From: Candidatus Eiseniibacteriota bacterium
Lineage (GTDB): Bacteria; Eisenbacteria; RBG-16-71-46
DNA length: 64,000 nucleotides
Direction of reading: 5' to 3'
Assembly (NCBI GenBank): GCA_041483195.1
Contig: JBGPFC010000011.1
Location: 39,211 to 103,210, forward strand
The notes under the pieces are model-generated. The model saw nothing but the letters and a program-made list of their open reading frames with translations. It was not told the origin of the DNA and did not search any database. Position numbers and translations under genes: made by a program. This document shows positions 1 through 9,255 of this stretch, in pieces. The number at the start of each line of letters is the position of its first letter. Positions within the stretch are counted from its first letter, which is position 1.

Positions 1-1062
1 GCGGGCGTCGTGAACGCGTGGGACACGGGCTACCTGCAGGAATTGGTGCGGCGTTCCGAGTATGACTTCGACGCGCAGAGCGTTCGCCCTTACTTCCCGT
101 ACGAACGCGTCAAGCAGGGCGTGCTCGATGTGACCGCCCGGCTGTTCGACGTGACGTTCGAGCGGGCGAAGGACGTGCCGGTGTGGGACCCGGCGGTCGA
201 ATGCTGGGAGATGTTCGACGGCGGGACGCTCGCGGGCCGGTTCTACCTCGACATGCACCCGCGCAAGGACAAGTTCCACCACGCCGCCCAGTTCGACGTG
301 CGCACCGGCGTCGCGGGACGCCAGATTCCCGAGGCGGCGCTGATCTGCAACTTCCCGGGCGGCGATCCGGGTGACCCGGGGCTGATGGAGGCGGGCGACG
401 TCAAGACGTTCTTCCACGAGTTCGGCCACCTGCTCCACGCGCTGTTCGCGGGACGGCGCAGGTGGGTGGGCACGGGCGGCATCCGCACCGAGCAGGACTT
501 CGTCGAGGTGCCGTCGCAGATGCTCGAGGAGTGGGCGAAGGATCCGGCGGTGCTCGCGACCTTCGCGAAGCATTATCAGACCGGCGAGCCGATCCCGGGC
601 GCGCTGGTGCGCCAGATGAAGCGCGCGAACGACTACGGCAAGGGCCTCCAGATCCGCCGCCAGATGGTGTTCGCGCAGGTTTCGCTCAGCTGTTACAACC
701 GCGACAGCGCGCATCTCGACACCGACGCGCTGGTGAAGGAAGTCACGGAGCGCTACCAGCCGTTCCCATACGTCGATGGCACGCACATGCAGTGCGCGTT
801 CGGCCATCTCGACGGCTACTCGGCGGTCTACTACACCTACATGTGGTCGCTGGTGATCGCGAAGGACATGTTCGGCCAGTTCGATCGCGGCAACCTGCTG
901 GCCCCGGGCGTCGCCAGGCGCTATCGCGACGTCGTGCTCGCCCCCGGCGGCTCGGTGCCGGCCGCGAAGCTGGTCGAGAATTTTCTCGGGCGGCCCTCCG
1001 ACGACGGCGCGTGGACGCGCTGGCTTGCCGAGGACGGCGGCGAGGCGGCCGCGGAAGACTGA
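1..1062 (+). CDS. M3 family (thimet oligopeptidase-like) zinc metallopeptidase, 5'-truncated by the window edge
   Basis: FFHEFGHLLH zinc motif, DFVEVPSQMLEEW and YYTYMWS motifs; aligns with the C-terminal half of the next ORF; frame is open from position 1. Confidence 0.9.
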   Translation, partial: AGVVNAWDTGYLQELVRRSEYDFDAQSVRPYFPYERVKQGVLDVTARLFDVTFERAKDVPVWDPAVECWEMFDGGTLAGRFYLDMHPRKDKFHHAAQFDVRTGVAGRQIPEAALICNFPGGDPGDPGLMEAGDVKTFFHEFGHLLHALFAGRRRWVGTGGIRTEQDFVEVPSQMLEEWAKDPAVLATFAKHYQTGEPIPGALVRQMKRANDYGKGLQIRRQMVFAQVSLSCYNRDSAHLDTDALVKEVTERYQPFPYVDGTHMQCAFGHLDGYSAVYYTYMWSLVIAKDMFGQFDRGNLLAPGVARRYRDVVLAPGGSVPAAKLVENFLGRPSDDGAWTRWLAEDGGEAAAED

Positions 1063-1128
1063 CAGCTTGAACCACGCGGGGCGGCCGCGCTCGGCCGCTC
1101 TTCATTCGCTCCACCTAAGGAGAACATC

Positions 1129-3186
1129 ATGCGTCTCAGACCCTTCGCCGCGATGCTCGCCTTCGCATTGCTCCAGCCGCCGGCCGCCTCGTTTGCCGCG
1201 CCGGCGGCCGCGCACGGTCGCGCCGTAGCTCGGCCCGCCGTGGACGGGCCGTTCTGGACCGGCCATCCCGACGCCGCGGCTTTCGCGCGCACCGAGAACC
1301 AGCGCATCGCTCGCGCGCAGCAGGCGATCGATCGCATGCTGGCGGCGAACGGCAAGCGCACGATCGATAACACGCTGCGGCCATACGACGACGCGCAGCT
1401 CGAGCTCAACGCCGCCGGCGCGCAGGCCGGGCTCATGCAGAACGTGCACCCCGATTCCGTGCTGCGCGACTCCGCGGAGACCGCGAGCCAGCGGGTTTCC
1501 GCCTTCGCGACCGCGCTGTCGCTCAATCGCGCCGTGTACGAGGCGCTCGCGGCGCTCGACCTGGGCAAGGCCGACGCCGAGACGCGCTACTACGTCGAGA
1601 AGGAGCTGCGCGACTTCCGGCTCGCGGGCGTGGACCGCGACGAGGCGACGCGCGCCCGGGTCACCGCCTTGCGCGCTGCGCTGGTCGAGATCGGCCAGCA
1701 GTTCTCGCGCAACATCCGCGGCGACCTGCGCAGCATCACGGCCAGGGACACGTCCGAGCTGGCCGGGCTCCCCGCCGACTACGTCGCGCGGCACGCACCC
1801 GGAGCCGACGGCCTGATCCACCTCACCATCGACTACCCGGACGCGCTGCCGGTGTTCTCATACGCGCGCAACGAGGACCTGCGCCGCCGCATGTACATGG
1901 AGTACAACAACCGCGGCTATCCCGCGAACATGGCGGTGCTGGACAGCATGATCTCGAAGCGCTACCAGCTCGCGACGCTGCTGGGATTCACGAACTGGGC
2001 CGACTACATCACCGCCAACAAGATGGTGGGTTCCGCCCGCAACGCCTCGAACTTCATCGATCGCATCGTCGAGGCCTCCGGCGCGCGTGCGGATCACGAG
2101 TACGCGCAGCTGCTGAAGCGCAAGCAGCAGGACGTGCCGGGCGCGACGGTGGTGAACGCCTGGGAGTCGGGCTACTACTCGGAGCAGCTGCGGCGCTCGG
2201 AGTACGACTTCGACGCGCAGAAGATGCGGCCGTACTTCCCATTCGCGCGCGTCGAGCAGGGCGTGCTCGACGTGACGAGCCGCCTGTTCGGCGTCACCTA
2301 CCGCCGCGTGAAGGACGCGCCGGTGTGGGATCCGTCGGTCGAGTGCTGGGAGATGCTGGACGGCGGCAAGCTCGCCGGCCGGTTCTACTTCGACCTGCAC
2401 CCGCGCAAGAACAAGTACAACCACGCCGCCCAGTTCGGCATCCGCACCGGCGTCGCGGGGCGCCAGATCCCGGAGGCCGCGCTGATCTGCAACTTCCCGG
2501 GAGGCGAGCCCGGCGATCCCGGCCTCATGGAGCAGAACGACGTCGAGACCTTCTTCCACGAGTTCGGGCACCTGCTCCACAGCCTGTTCGCCGGACGCCA
2601 TCAGTGGATCGGGATCGGCGGCATCCAGACCGAGCGTGACTTCGTCGAGGCGCCGTCGCAGATGCTGGAGGAATGGCCGCGCGACCCGGCGGTGCTCGCC
2701 ACGTTCGCGAAGCACTACCAGACCGGCGAGCCGATCCCGGCCGCGCTCGTGAAGCAGATGGTGCGCGCGAACGAGTTCGGCAAGGGGCTCCAGGTGCGGC
2801 GCCAGATGGTGTACGCGAAGACCTCGCTCTCGGTGTACGACCGCGATCCCAGGAGCGTTGACACCGACCGCATCATCCAGGAGCTGACCGCGAAGTATCA
2901 GCCGTTTCCGTTCGTCCCGGGCACGCACTTCCAGACGGCGTTCGGGCATCTCGACGGCTACTCGGCGGTCTACTACACCTACATGTGGTCGCTGGTGATC
3001 GCGAAGGACATGTTCAGCCAGTTCGACCGGGCGAACCTGCTCGACCCGAAGGTGGCGACCCGCTACCGAGACGCCGTGCTCGCGCCCGGCGGCTCGCTGC
3101 CCGCGGCGAAGCTGGTCGAGAACTTCCTCGGCCGGCCGTACAGCTTCGAGTCCTATCGTCGCTGGCTGAACGAGGACGTGCAGTAA
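1129..3186 (+). CDS. Secreted M3 family zinc oligopeptidase (685 aa)
   Basis: AAGGAG RBS upstream; N-terminal signal peptide; FFHEFGHLLH, DFVEAPSQMLE and GYSAVYYTYMWS motifs. Confidence 0.92.
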   Translation: MRLRPFAAMLAFALLQPPAASFAAPAAAHGRAVARPAVDGPFWTGHPDAAAFARTENQRIARAQQAIDRMLAANGKRTIDNTLRPYDDAQLELNAAGAQAGLMQNVHPDSVLRDSAETASQRVSAFATALSLNRAVYEALAALDLGKADAETRYYVEKELRDFRLAGVDRDEATRARVTALRAALVEIGQQFSRNIRGDLRSITARDTSELAGLPADYVARHAPGADGLIHLTIDYPDALPVFSYARNEDLRRRMYMEYNNRGYPANMAVLDSMISKRYQLATLLGFTNWADYITANKMVGSARNASNFIDRIVEASGARADHEYAQLLKRKQQDVPGATVVNAWESGYYSEQLRRSEYDFDAQKMRPYFPFARVEQGVLDVTSRLFGVTYRRVKDAPVWDPSVECWEMLDGGKLAGRFYFDLHPRKNKYNHAAQFGIRTGVAGRQIPEAALICNFPGGEPGDPGLMEQNDVETFFHEFGHLLHSLFAGRHQWIGIGGIQTERDFVEAPSQMLEEWPRDPAVLATFAKHYQTGEPIPAALVKQMVRANEFGKGLQVRRQMVYAKTSLSVYDRDPRSVDTDRIIQELTAKYQPFPFVPGTHFQTAFGHLDGYSAVYYTYMWSLVIAKDMFSQFDRANLLDPKVATRYRDAVLAPGGSLPAAKLVENFLGRPYSFESYRRWLNEDVQ

Positions 3187-3213
3187 CGGCGCGCGGCTGC
3201 GCGTCACATGCGA

Positions 3214-3246
3214 AAGGCCCCGGTCTCGCGTCGAGACCGGGGCCTT
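3214..3246. terminator. GC-rich hairpin between convergent genes, probable (bidirectional) terminator
   Basis: AAGGCCCCGGTCTCG-cgt-CGAGACCGGGGCCTT perfect 15-bp inverted repeat between the M3 peptidase and lipA stop codons. Confidence 0.7.
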
Positions 3247-3264
3247 CGTGCGATTCGCGCGCGG

Positions 3265-4329
3265 TTACGCGGTCTTGCTCGCCTCGCCCGCGCGCACCGT
3301 GCCTGCCAGCTCGTCGGCGTGGAAGGACGATCGCACCAGCGGGCCGCTCGCCACGCTCTCGAAGCCGATCGCCTTCGCCCGCTCGCCCCACGCGCGGAAC
3401 GCGTCGGGGTGGACGTACTCGATCACCGGCAGGTGCATCGGGGTGGGCCTCAGGTACTGGCCGATGGTGAGCAGGTCGCAGCCGTGCGCGACCAGGTCCT
3501 CCAGCGTCCGCGTCACCTCGTCTTCGCGCTCGCCAAGGCCCAGCATGATCCCGCTCTTGGACTTGATCCCGGCGCCGCTCGCCTTCACGCGCTGCAGCAG
3601 CTCGAGCGAGCGGTCGTAGCGCGCGCTGGGGCGCACGACCTTATGCAGGCGCTCGACGGTCTCGACGTTGTGGTTGATGACGTGCGGGCCGGCGTCGATC
3701 ACGCGCTGGAGGTCGCCCGCGTGCCCGCGGAAATCGGGCACCAGCACCTCGATCACGGTGGCCGAGCGGCTCTTGATCGCCTCGATCACCATCGCGAAGA
3801 TGGTGCTGCCGCCGTCTTTCAAATCGTCGCGCGCGACCGAGGTGATGACGGTGTGGCGCAGCTTCATCGCCGCCACCGCCTCGCCAACGCGCCGCGGCTC
3901 GTCCCAGTCCACGAAGCCGTTGGGCTTGCCGGGCGCCACGGCGCAGAAACCGCAGCGTCGCGTGCACAGCTCGCCGAGGATCATGATGGTGGCGGTGCCG
4001 CGCTCCCAGCAGTGCCCGAGGTTGGGGCAGCGCGCCTCCTCGCACACCGTCACCAGCCTCTGCGTGCGCAGCAGCGTCTTGGTCTCCGCGTAGTCGCCGC
4101 TGCCGGGCAGCTTCACCTTGAGCCACGGCGGCAGGCGCCGGAATCCGGCGCCGCCCTCGGCGCCGAGGCCAACGCCCGCGCCCGATGCGCAGCCGCCGAA
4201 GCGCGGCGCGAGCGGCAGGCGCTGGGGCACGGCGGCGCGCGGCGCGCCGTACACGGGGATCTCGGGATGTGCGGCTTCGAGGATCGGAAGGCCGTCGTCA
4301 GCGGGCGGCGTGAGGGGAGCGTCGCTCAC
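3265..4329 (-). CDS. lipA: Lipoyl synthase
   Basis: CEEARCPNLGHC auxiliary cluster motif, CTRRCGFC radical-SAM motif, C-terminal GPLVRSSFHA. Confidence 0.95.
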   Translation of the reverse strand: MSDAPLTPPADDGLPILEAAHPEIPVYGAPRAAVPQRLPLAPRFGGCASGAGVGLGAEGGAGFRRLPPWLKVKLPGSGDYAETKTLLRTQRLVTVCEEARCPNLGHCWERGTATIMILGELCTRRCGFCAVAPGKPNGFVDWDEPRRVGEAVAAMKLRHTVITSVARDDLKDGGSTIFAMVIEAIKSRSATVIEVLVPDFRGHAGDLQRVIDAGPHVINHNVETVERLHKVVRPSARYDRSLELLQRVKASGAGIKSKSGIMLGLGEREDEVTRTLEDLVAHGCDLLTIGQYLRPTPMHLPVIEYVHPDAFRAWGERAKAIGFESVASGPLVRSSFHADELAGTVRAGEASKTA

Positions 4330-4330
4330 G

Positions 4331-5485
4331 CTAGTCCCTCGCCATCGCGACGCGCGCGCCGGATCCCGCGAGCGCGAGCATGCGCTCGAGCGCGATGCGA
4401 GCGCCGCGCCGCACGGCCTCTGGCACGCGCACCGGGTTCACGACGTGGCCGGCCGCCAGGTTCTCGAGCGCCCACAACAGGTGCGCCGGGTCGATGCGGT
4501 TCATGGTGGCGCACGGACACACGTTCTTCTGCAGCGAGCGAATGGTCTGCCCGGGGTGCTCGAGCGCGAGGCGGTGCACCAGATTGATCTCGGTGCCGAT
4601 CGCCCAGCTCGCGCCCGGCACAGCGCGCTCGACCTGCTGGATGATGAACTCGGTCGAGCCCACGAGATCGGCGGCGCGCACGACGTCGAGCGGGCACTCG
4701 GGATGGACCAGCACCTTCACGCCGGGATCCGCGGCGCGCGCCTCGTCGATCTGCTGCTTCGTGAACTTGGTATGCACCGAGCACCACCCGCGCCACAGGA
4801 TGAGCCTCACCTCGGGATCGAACGCGCGGGCGTTCACGCGCGCGAGATCCTGCGCGCGGTACTCCCACTCCGCCATGCGCTCGAGCGGCACGCCCATCGC
4901 GAAAGCGGTGTTGCGGCCGAGGTGCTGGTCGGGGAAGAAGAAGACGCGCGCCTTGCGCGCCCACGCCCACTCGAGCACCGCGCGCGCGTTGGACGACGTG
5001 CACACCACGCCGCCGCGGTCGCCGCAGAACGCCTTGAGCGCGGCGGTCGAGTTCATGTAGGTGACGGGCACCAGCGTCTCGCCGTGCGCCGCGGTGAGCC
5101 GCTCCCACGCGAGCTCGACGTCCTCGATGTCGGCCATGTCGGCCATCGAGCAACCCGCCTTGAGATCGGGCAGGATCACGGTCTGGTGGCTCTGGCGCAG
5201 CACGTCGGCGGACTCCGCCATGAAGTGCACGCCGCAGAAGACGATCGCCTCGGCCCGGTCCTGCGCGGCCGCGAGCTGCGACAGCTTGAGCGAGTCGCCG
5301 CGGAAATCCGCGAACTCGATGACGCTCTCGCGCTGGTAGTGATGCCCGAGGATCACCGCACGCGCGCCGAGCCGGCGCTTCGCGGCGAGGGTGCGCTCGC
5401 GGATCGCGGCGTGGTCGAGCACCGCGTAATCGGCGAAGGGTCGCGCGCCGGGCGCCTGGGGAACCGTCAGGGTGGTCAAGCTCAC
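4331..5485 (-). CDS. nadA: Quinolinate synthase
   Basis: GHHYQR, FCGVHFMAE, GCSMAD, HPEC, CSVH and CPCATM motifs. Confidence 0.95.
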   Translation of the reverse strand: MSLTTLTVPQAPGARPFADYAVLDHAAIRERTLAAKRRLGARAVILGHHYQRESVIEFADFRGDSLKLSQLAAAQDRAEAIVFCGVHFMAESADVLRQSHQTVILPDLKAGCSMADMADIEDVELAWERLTAAHGETLVPVTYMNSTAALKAFCGDRGGVVCTSSNARAVLEWAWARKARVFFFPDQHLGRNTAFAMGVPLERMAEWEYRAQDLARVNARAFDPEVRLILWRGWCSVHTKFTKQQIDEARAADPGVKVLVHPECPLDVVRAADLVGSTEFIIQQVERAVPGASWAIGTEINLVHRLALEHPGQTIRSLQKNVCPCATMNRIDPAHLLWALENLAAGHVVNPVRVPEAVRRGARIALERMLALAGSGARVAMARD

Positions 5486-5507
5486 GTCCGATCGCGGCGC
5501 GGCCGCG

Positions 5508-5933
5508 TCATTCCAGCTCCGAGCGGTCGATGGGTTCGCGCCTCGAGTAGCCGCCCTCCAGCGTGTGCCAGTGGCTCACCTCCGGCTCGCCCAGCTGCCA
5601 GCACAGGAAGACCAGCCGGTCGCCAGAGATCGCGTAGAAATCCACGAGGCCCTTCTCGACGTCCTTGAGCAGGCAGCCGCGGCGCTGAATGCGCTGGATG
5701 CCGCGCGAGAGCTCTTCGCCGAGCTCGCCACGACGCTCGAGCAACCGCCGCAGATCGATCGCGTCGGGATTGCCGGGCGCAGCGCCCGCCACCGCGAGCG
5801 TGAGCACGTCGATGCGCCCCTGCGCGCGATCGAACTCGCGCTTGATCGCGCTCAGCCGCTCGAGCTCGGGCTTGAGCTCGGCGATCGTGCGGTTGGCCTC
5901 GTCGACGCTGAACAGCGTGAGCTTTGCGGGCAT
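5508..5933 (-). CDS. DUF2203-like protein
   Basis: FSVDEAN start, coiled-coil, KDVEKGLVDF...FLCWQLGEPEVSHWH...GGYSRREPI; start placed at ATG 5933 just after the iscA stop. Confidence 0.8.
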   Translation of the reverse strand: MPAKLTLFSVDEANRTIAELKPELERLSAIKREFDRAQGRIDVLTLAVAGAAPGNPDAIDLRRLLERRGELGEELSRGIQRIQRRGCLLKDVEKGLVDFYAISGDRLVFLCWQLGEPEVSHWHTLEGGYSRREPIDRSELE

Positions 5934-5940
5934 GACCGTC

Positions 5941-6336
5941 TCAGTGACCGCCGCACCCGCAGCCGCCGCCCCTGGCGGAGGCCTGGGTCGCGTCCGCTGC
6001 GCCTGCGTGCGCATGGCCATGCCCGTTGCCGCATCCGCACTCGCGCGCGGTCACGTTCGGGTTGTTGATGGTGAAGCCCTGCGCCTCGAGCGTCTCGACG
6101 TAGTCGATGCTGACGCCCTCGAGCATCGGCGCGCTCTGCGGATCCACCAGCACCTTGACCCCGCCGAACTCGCCGATCCAGTCGCCGTCCTCGGCCTGCG
6201 GCGCGAGCGACATGCCGTACGATGGACCGGAGCAGCAACCCTCGCTCACGTGAACGCGGAGCCCGAACACCGGCTCCTGCTGCTGGGCGATGATCTCGTT
6301 CAGCTTCCGACTCGCGACGTCCGTCACGGTCAGCAT
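5941..6336 (-). CDS. HesB/IscA-family Fe-S cluster assembly accessory protein
   Basis: MLTVTDVA..., GCCSGPSY, IDYVETLEAQGFTINNPN...CGCG; GGAGG RBS before ATG 6336. Confidence 0.9.
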   Translation of the reverse strand: MLTVTDVASRKLNEIIAQQQEPVFGLRVHVSEGCCSGPSYGMSLAPQAEDGDWIGEFGGVKVLVDPQSAPMLEGVSIDYVETLEAQGFTINNPNVTARECGCGNGHGHAHAGAADATQASARGGGCGCGGH

Positions 6337-7064
6337 CTCAACCTCCTGGAGTGGCGGACGGCCTCCGCGGGATAAGCTTCGTGCAGCCACGACTCGGCCT
6401 CGTTCCTCGAGGCCCATACGACATCGGCAAGCTCGAGGCGCCGGGCCACGGCGGCGGCGGCCGCACGGCGGGCCTCGCCGAGTGACGGGGCGCGCGATCC
6501 GAGCTGCACCCCGAGCGACGTCATGCGGATGTCGCGCAGGCCGCACGGGTGAATCAGGTCGAACCCGCTCAGGTCGGGAGCCACGTTGAGCGCGAACCCA
6601 TGATAGCTGACCCAGCGCCGCACCGCGATTCCGAGGGACGCGATCTTCTCGCCGCCCACCCAGACGCCGGTGCGACCCGGGATCAGGCCGCCTTCGATGC
6701 CCCAATCCGCCAGCAGATCGATGATGGCTCCTTCGAGATCTCGCAGAAAACGGTGCAAGTCCCTGCCTCGCAACGCGAGATCGGCGATGACGTAGCCCAC
6801 CAGCTGCCCCGGTCCATGCCATGTGATATCGCCGCCGCGGGCCACCTCGAACACCTCGACCCCGCGCGCGGCCAGCGAGGCGGGGTCCGCGATCAGGCTC
6901 CCGGGGGCGGCGCCCCGGCCCACGGTGAGGACCGGAGGATGATCCGGGAACAGCAGCCAGTCCGAGGTGAGGCCATCGGCCCTCGCGCGCACCAGCGCCT
7001 CCTGAATGCGCAGGCCGTCGCGGTAGGGCGTCGGCCCCAGGTGACAGGCGGTGAGCCGGGTCAT
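6330..7064 (-). CDS. lipB: Lipoyl(octanoyl) transferase
   Basis: HPPVLTVGR, RGGDITWHGPGQLVGY, KIASLGI, HGFALN and IHPCGL motifs. Confidence 0.93.
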   Translation of the reverse strand: MTRLTACHLGPTPYRDGLRIQEALVRARADGLTSDWLLFPDHPPVLTVGRGAAPGSLIADPASLAARGVEVFEVARGGDITWHGPGQLVGYVIADLALRGRDLHRFLRDLEGAIIDLLADWGIEGGLIPGRTGVWVGGEKIASLGIAVRRWVSYHGFALNVAPDLSGFDLIHPCGLRDIRMTSLGVQLGSRAPSLGEARRAAAAAVARRLELADVVWASRNEAESWLHEAYPAEAVRHSRRLRC

Positions 7065-7074
7065 CGCGCGCGCC

Positions 7075-8445
7075 TCAGGCGTAGAACCAGAGCAGCTCGG
7101 GGCGCTCGAGCAGCTCGCACACGCGTCTCAGGAACTTCACGGCCAGCTCGCCGTCCACCACGCGATGATCGAAGCCGATTGACGCGTTCATCATGGGCCG
7201 CGCGACGATCTGGCCGTCGCGCACCACGGCGCGTTCCGTGATCTTGTGCACCCCGAGAATCGCGACCTCTGGGACGTTGATCACCGGCGACGAGTTGATC
7301 GCGCCGTACACGCCGGCGTTGGTGATGCTGAACGTGCCCCCCATGATGTCGTCGGGCTTGAGACGATCGGCGCGCGCGCGCGCAGCGAGGTCGTTCACCT
7401 CGGCCGCGATCTGCACCAGGTTCTTGCGGTCGCAGTCCTTCACGTTCGGCACGATCAGGCCCTTCTCGTCGCGGCCCACCGCCATGCCGATGTTGTAGTA
7501 ATGCTTCACCACGATCGCTTCGCCCTTCACCTCGCCGTTCACCCACGGGAACTCGCGCAGCGCGATGACGCTCGCCTTGATGAAGAACGGCATGTAGGTG
7601 AGCTTCACGCCCTGCGCCTCGAGCCTCGGTCCCCACTCCTTGCGCAGCGCCACGATCGCGCTCATGTCGGCTTCGTCGAAGCAGTGCGTGTGCGCCGCGG
7701 TGTGCTTGGCGCGCACCATGTTCTCGGCGATCAGCTTGCGCACCTTGGTGAACGGCACGACCTCCTCGCGCGGGCCCGCCGCGGCTGCGGAGACCTGCGC
7801 CTTCATGAATGCGGGCGGAGGTGCCGCGGCGGCCGGCGCCGGTGCGGCGATCGCGGGCGCGGCGCCGGCGGGACGCTGCACCCGCGACTTCAGATATTCG
7901 AGCAGGTCGTCGCGCGTCACGCGACCCGCGACGCCCGAGCCCCGGATCGCGGCCAGCTCGTGCGGGGCGACGTTCTGCTCACGCATGATCTTGCGCACGG
8001 CGGGCGAGAGGTTGCGCGCATCGTCGAGCGCGGCGCCGCCGTTCCCACCCGGGGCGGAAGCCCCCACCGGCGCGGACGCCACGGGCGCAATCGCAACCGC
8101 GGTCGCGGCGGGAGGCGCGCTTCCGGCCGGCGCGGAGACGGCCGCGGGGAGCGCGGCGCTCGCGCGTGAGGCGGCCGCGGGCCGGGCCACCGCTCCCACA
8201 TCCTCCCCGAGCCCCAAGAGCACGCCGATCTCGGTTCCGACCAGCACCGTGGTGCCTTCCGGGACGACGATGCTCTGCAGCGTGCCTTCGGCCGGGGATG
8301 GGATCTCGACGTTGATCTTGTCGGTCTGGATCTCGACCAGCGGCTCTTCCTTGCGCACCCGCTCCCCGACGGCCTTCAGCCACTTGGAGACGGTCCCCTC
8401 GGCGACGCTCTCGCCGAGCTGAGGCACGACGATCGATATGGCCAT
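7075..8445 (-). CDS. 2-oxoacid dehydrogenase E2 subunit (dihydrolipoamide acyltransferase)
   Basis: Lipoyl domain EIQTDKINVEIPSP, E3-binding SPAVRK...GSGVAGRVTRDD, catalytic DHRVVDG. Confidence 0.93.
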   Translation of the reverse strand: MAISIVVPQLGESVAEGTVSKWLKAVGERVRKEEPLVEIQTDKINVEIPSPAEGTLQSIVVPEGTTVLVGTEIGVLLGLGEDVGAVARPAAASRASAALPAAVSAPAGSAPPAATAVAIAPVASAPVGASAPGGNGGAALDDARNLSPAVRKIMREQNVAPHELAAIRGSGVAGRVTRDDLLEYLKSRVQRPAGAAPAIAAPAPAAAAPPPAFMKAQVSAAAAGPREEVVPFTKVRKLIAENMVRAKHTAAHTHCFDEADMSAIVALRKEWGPRLEAQGVKLTYMPFFIKASVIALREFPWVNGEVKGEAIVVKHYYNIGMAVGRDEKGLIVPNVKDCDRKNLVQIAAEVNDLAARARADRLKPDDIMGGTFSITNAGVYGAINSSPVINVPEVAILGVHKITERAVVRDGQIVARPMMNASIGFDHRVVDGELAVKFLRRVCELLERPELLWFYA

Positions 8446-8547
8446 CCTGGATTCCTCCGTGAGCGCCGGGGCTCGAGGCCCCGGGCCTGTGCCGCGACTG
8501 CAGGCGCCACACGCGGCGCGCGGCGACGACTATAGCGGAACCGGGGC

Positions 8548-9063
8548 TCAGGGGCGACGTGGCGGCGGCTCGTGGCCCGGAGCGCCGCGGCGCGCGAGGC
8601 GCAGCCGGCGGCGCTCGATGGCGCGGGCGTGTTCCTCGATCTCGGCCTCGGTCTCGAGCGTGAGCGGCGGCACCGCGACCGGACGCCGCGTGACCGGATC
8701 GAGCGCGACGAACGTGACGTAGGCGGTGCTGGTGTGGCGGCGCTCGCCGGTGAGCAGGTCTTCGGACTCGACGTCCACCCGGATCTCCATGCTGCTGCGA
8801 TCCGCGAGCGTGATGCGCGCGTGGATCAGCGCCAGCTGCCCCACCTGGATCGGCGCCAGGAACGACATCTCGTCGATCGCGGCGGTCACGACCGGCCTGC
8901 GGCTGTGGCGGTTCGCGACCACGGCGGCCGCGAGGTCGATCCAGTGCATCACCGTGCCGCCGAGCACGCTGCCGTGCACGTTGGCGTCGTTGGGCAGGAC
9001 GAGCTCGGTCAACTCGGTGGCCGAGTCGGCAGCCCGCAGGCCCGTTCTCGAATCGGGCGTCAT
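8548..9063 (-). CDS. Acyl-CoA thioesterase (hotdog fold, YciA-like)
   Basis: VLPNDANVHGSVLGGTVMHWIDLAA...VVTAAIDEMSFLAPI...AYVTFVALD. Confidence 0.88.
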   Translation of the reverse strand: MTPDSRTGLRAADSATELTELVLPNDANVHGSVLGGTVMHWIDLAAAVVANRHSRRPVVTAAIDEMSFLAPIQVGQLALIHARITLADRSSMEIRVDVESEDLLTGERRHTSTAYVTFVALDPVTRRPVAVPPLTLETEAEIEEHARAIERRRLRLARRGAPGHEPPPRRP

Positions 9064-9207
9064 GGTCCTGCGGATCCTCCTGATCTTCCGACGGAACCGG
9101 GGGCGACCCTCAAGAGCGGCGGGAACGGCGCATAACATAGGCGTTCCCACCCGGACGGGCAACGGGCCCGGCCGGCGAGCCGCCGCGCGATTGCGACATC
9201 AACGAGA

Positions 9208-9237
9208 CGGCCGGCCGTCCCTGGGGACGGCCGGCCG
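9208..9237 (-). terminator. Hairpin downstream of the OB-fold CTD gene, probable terminator
   Basis: CGGCCGGCCGTCC-ctgg-GGACGGCCGGCCG inverted repeat about 20 nt after the stop at 9256. Confidence 0.6.
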
Positions 9238-9255
9238 CTCGGATGAACCGTTGCG

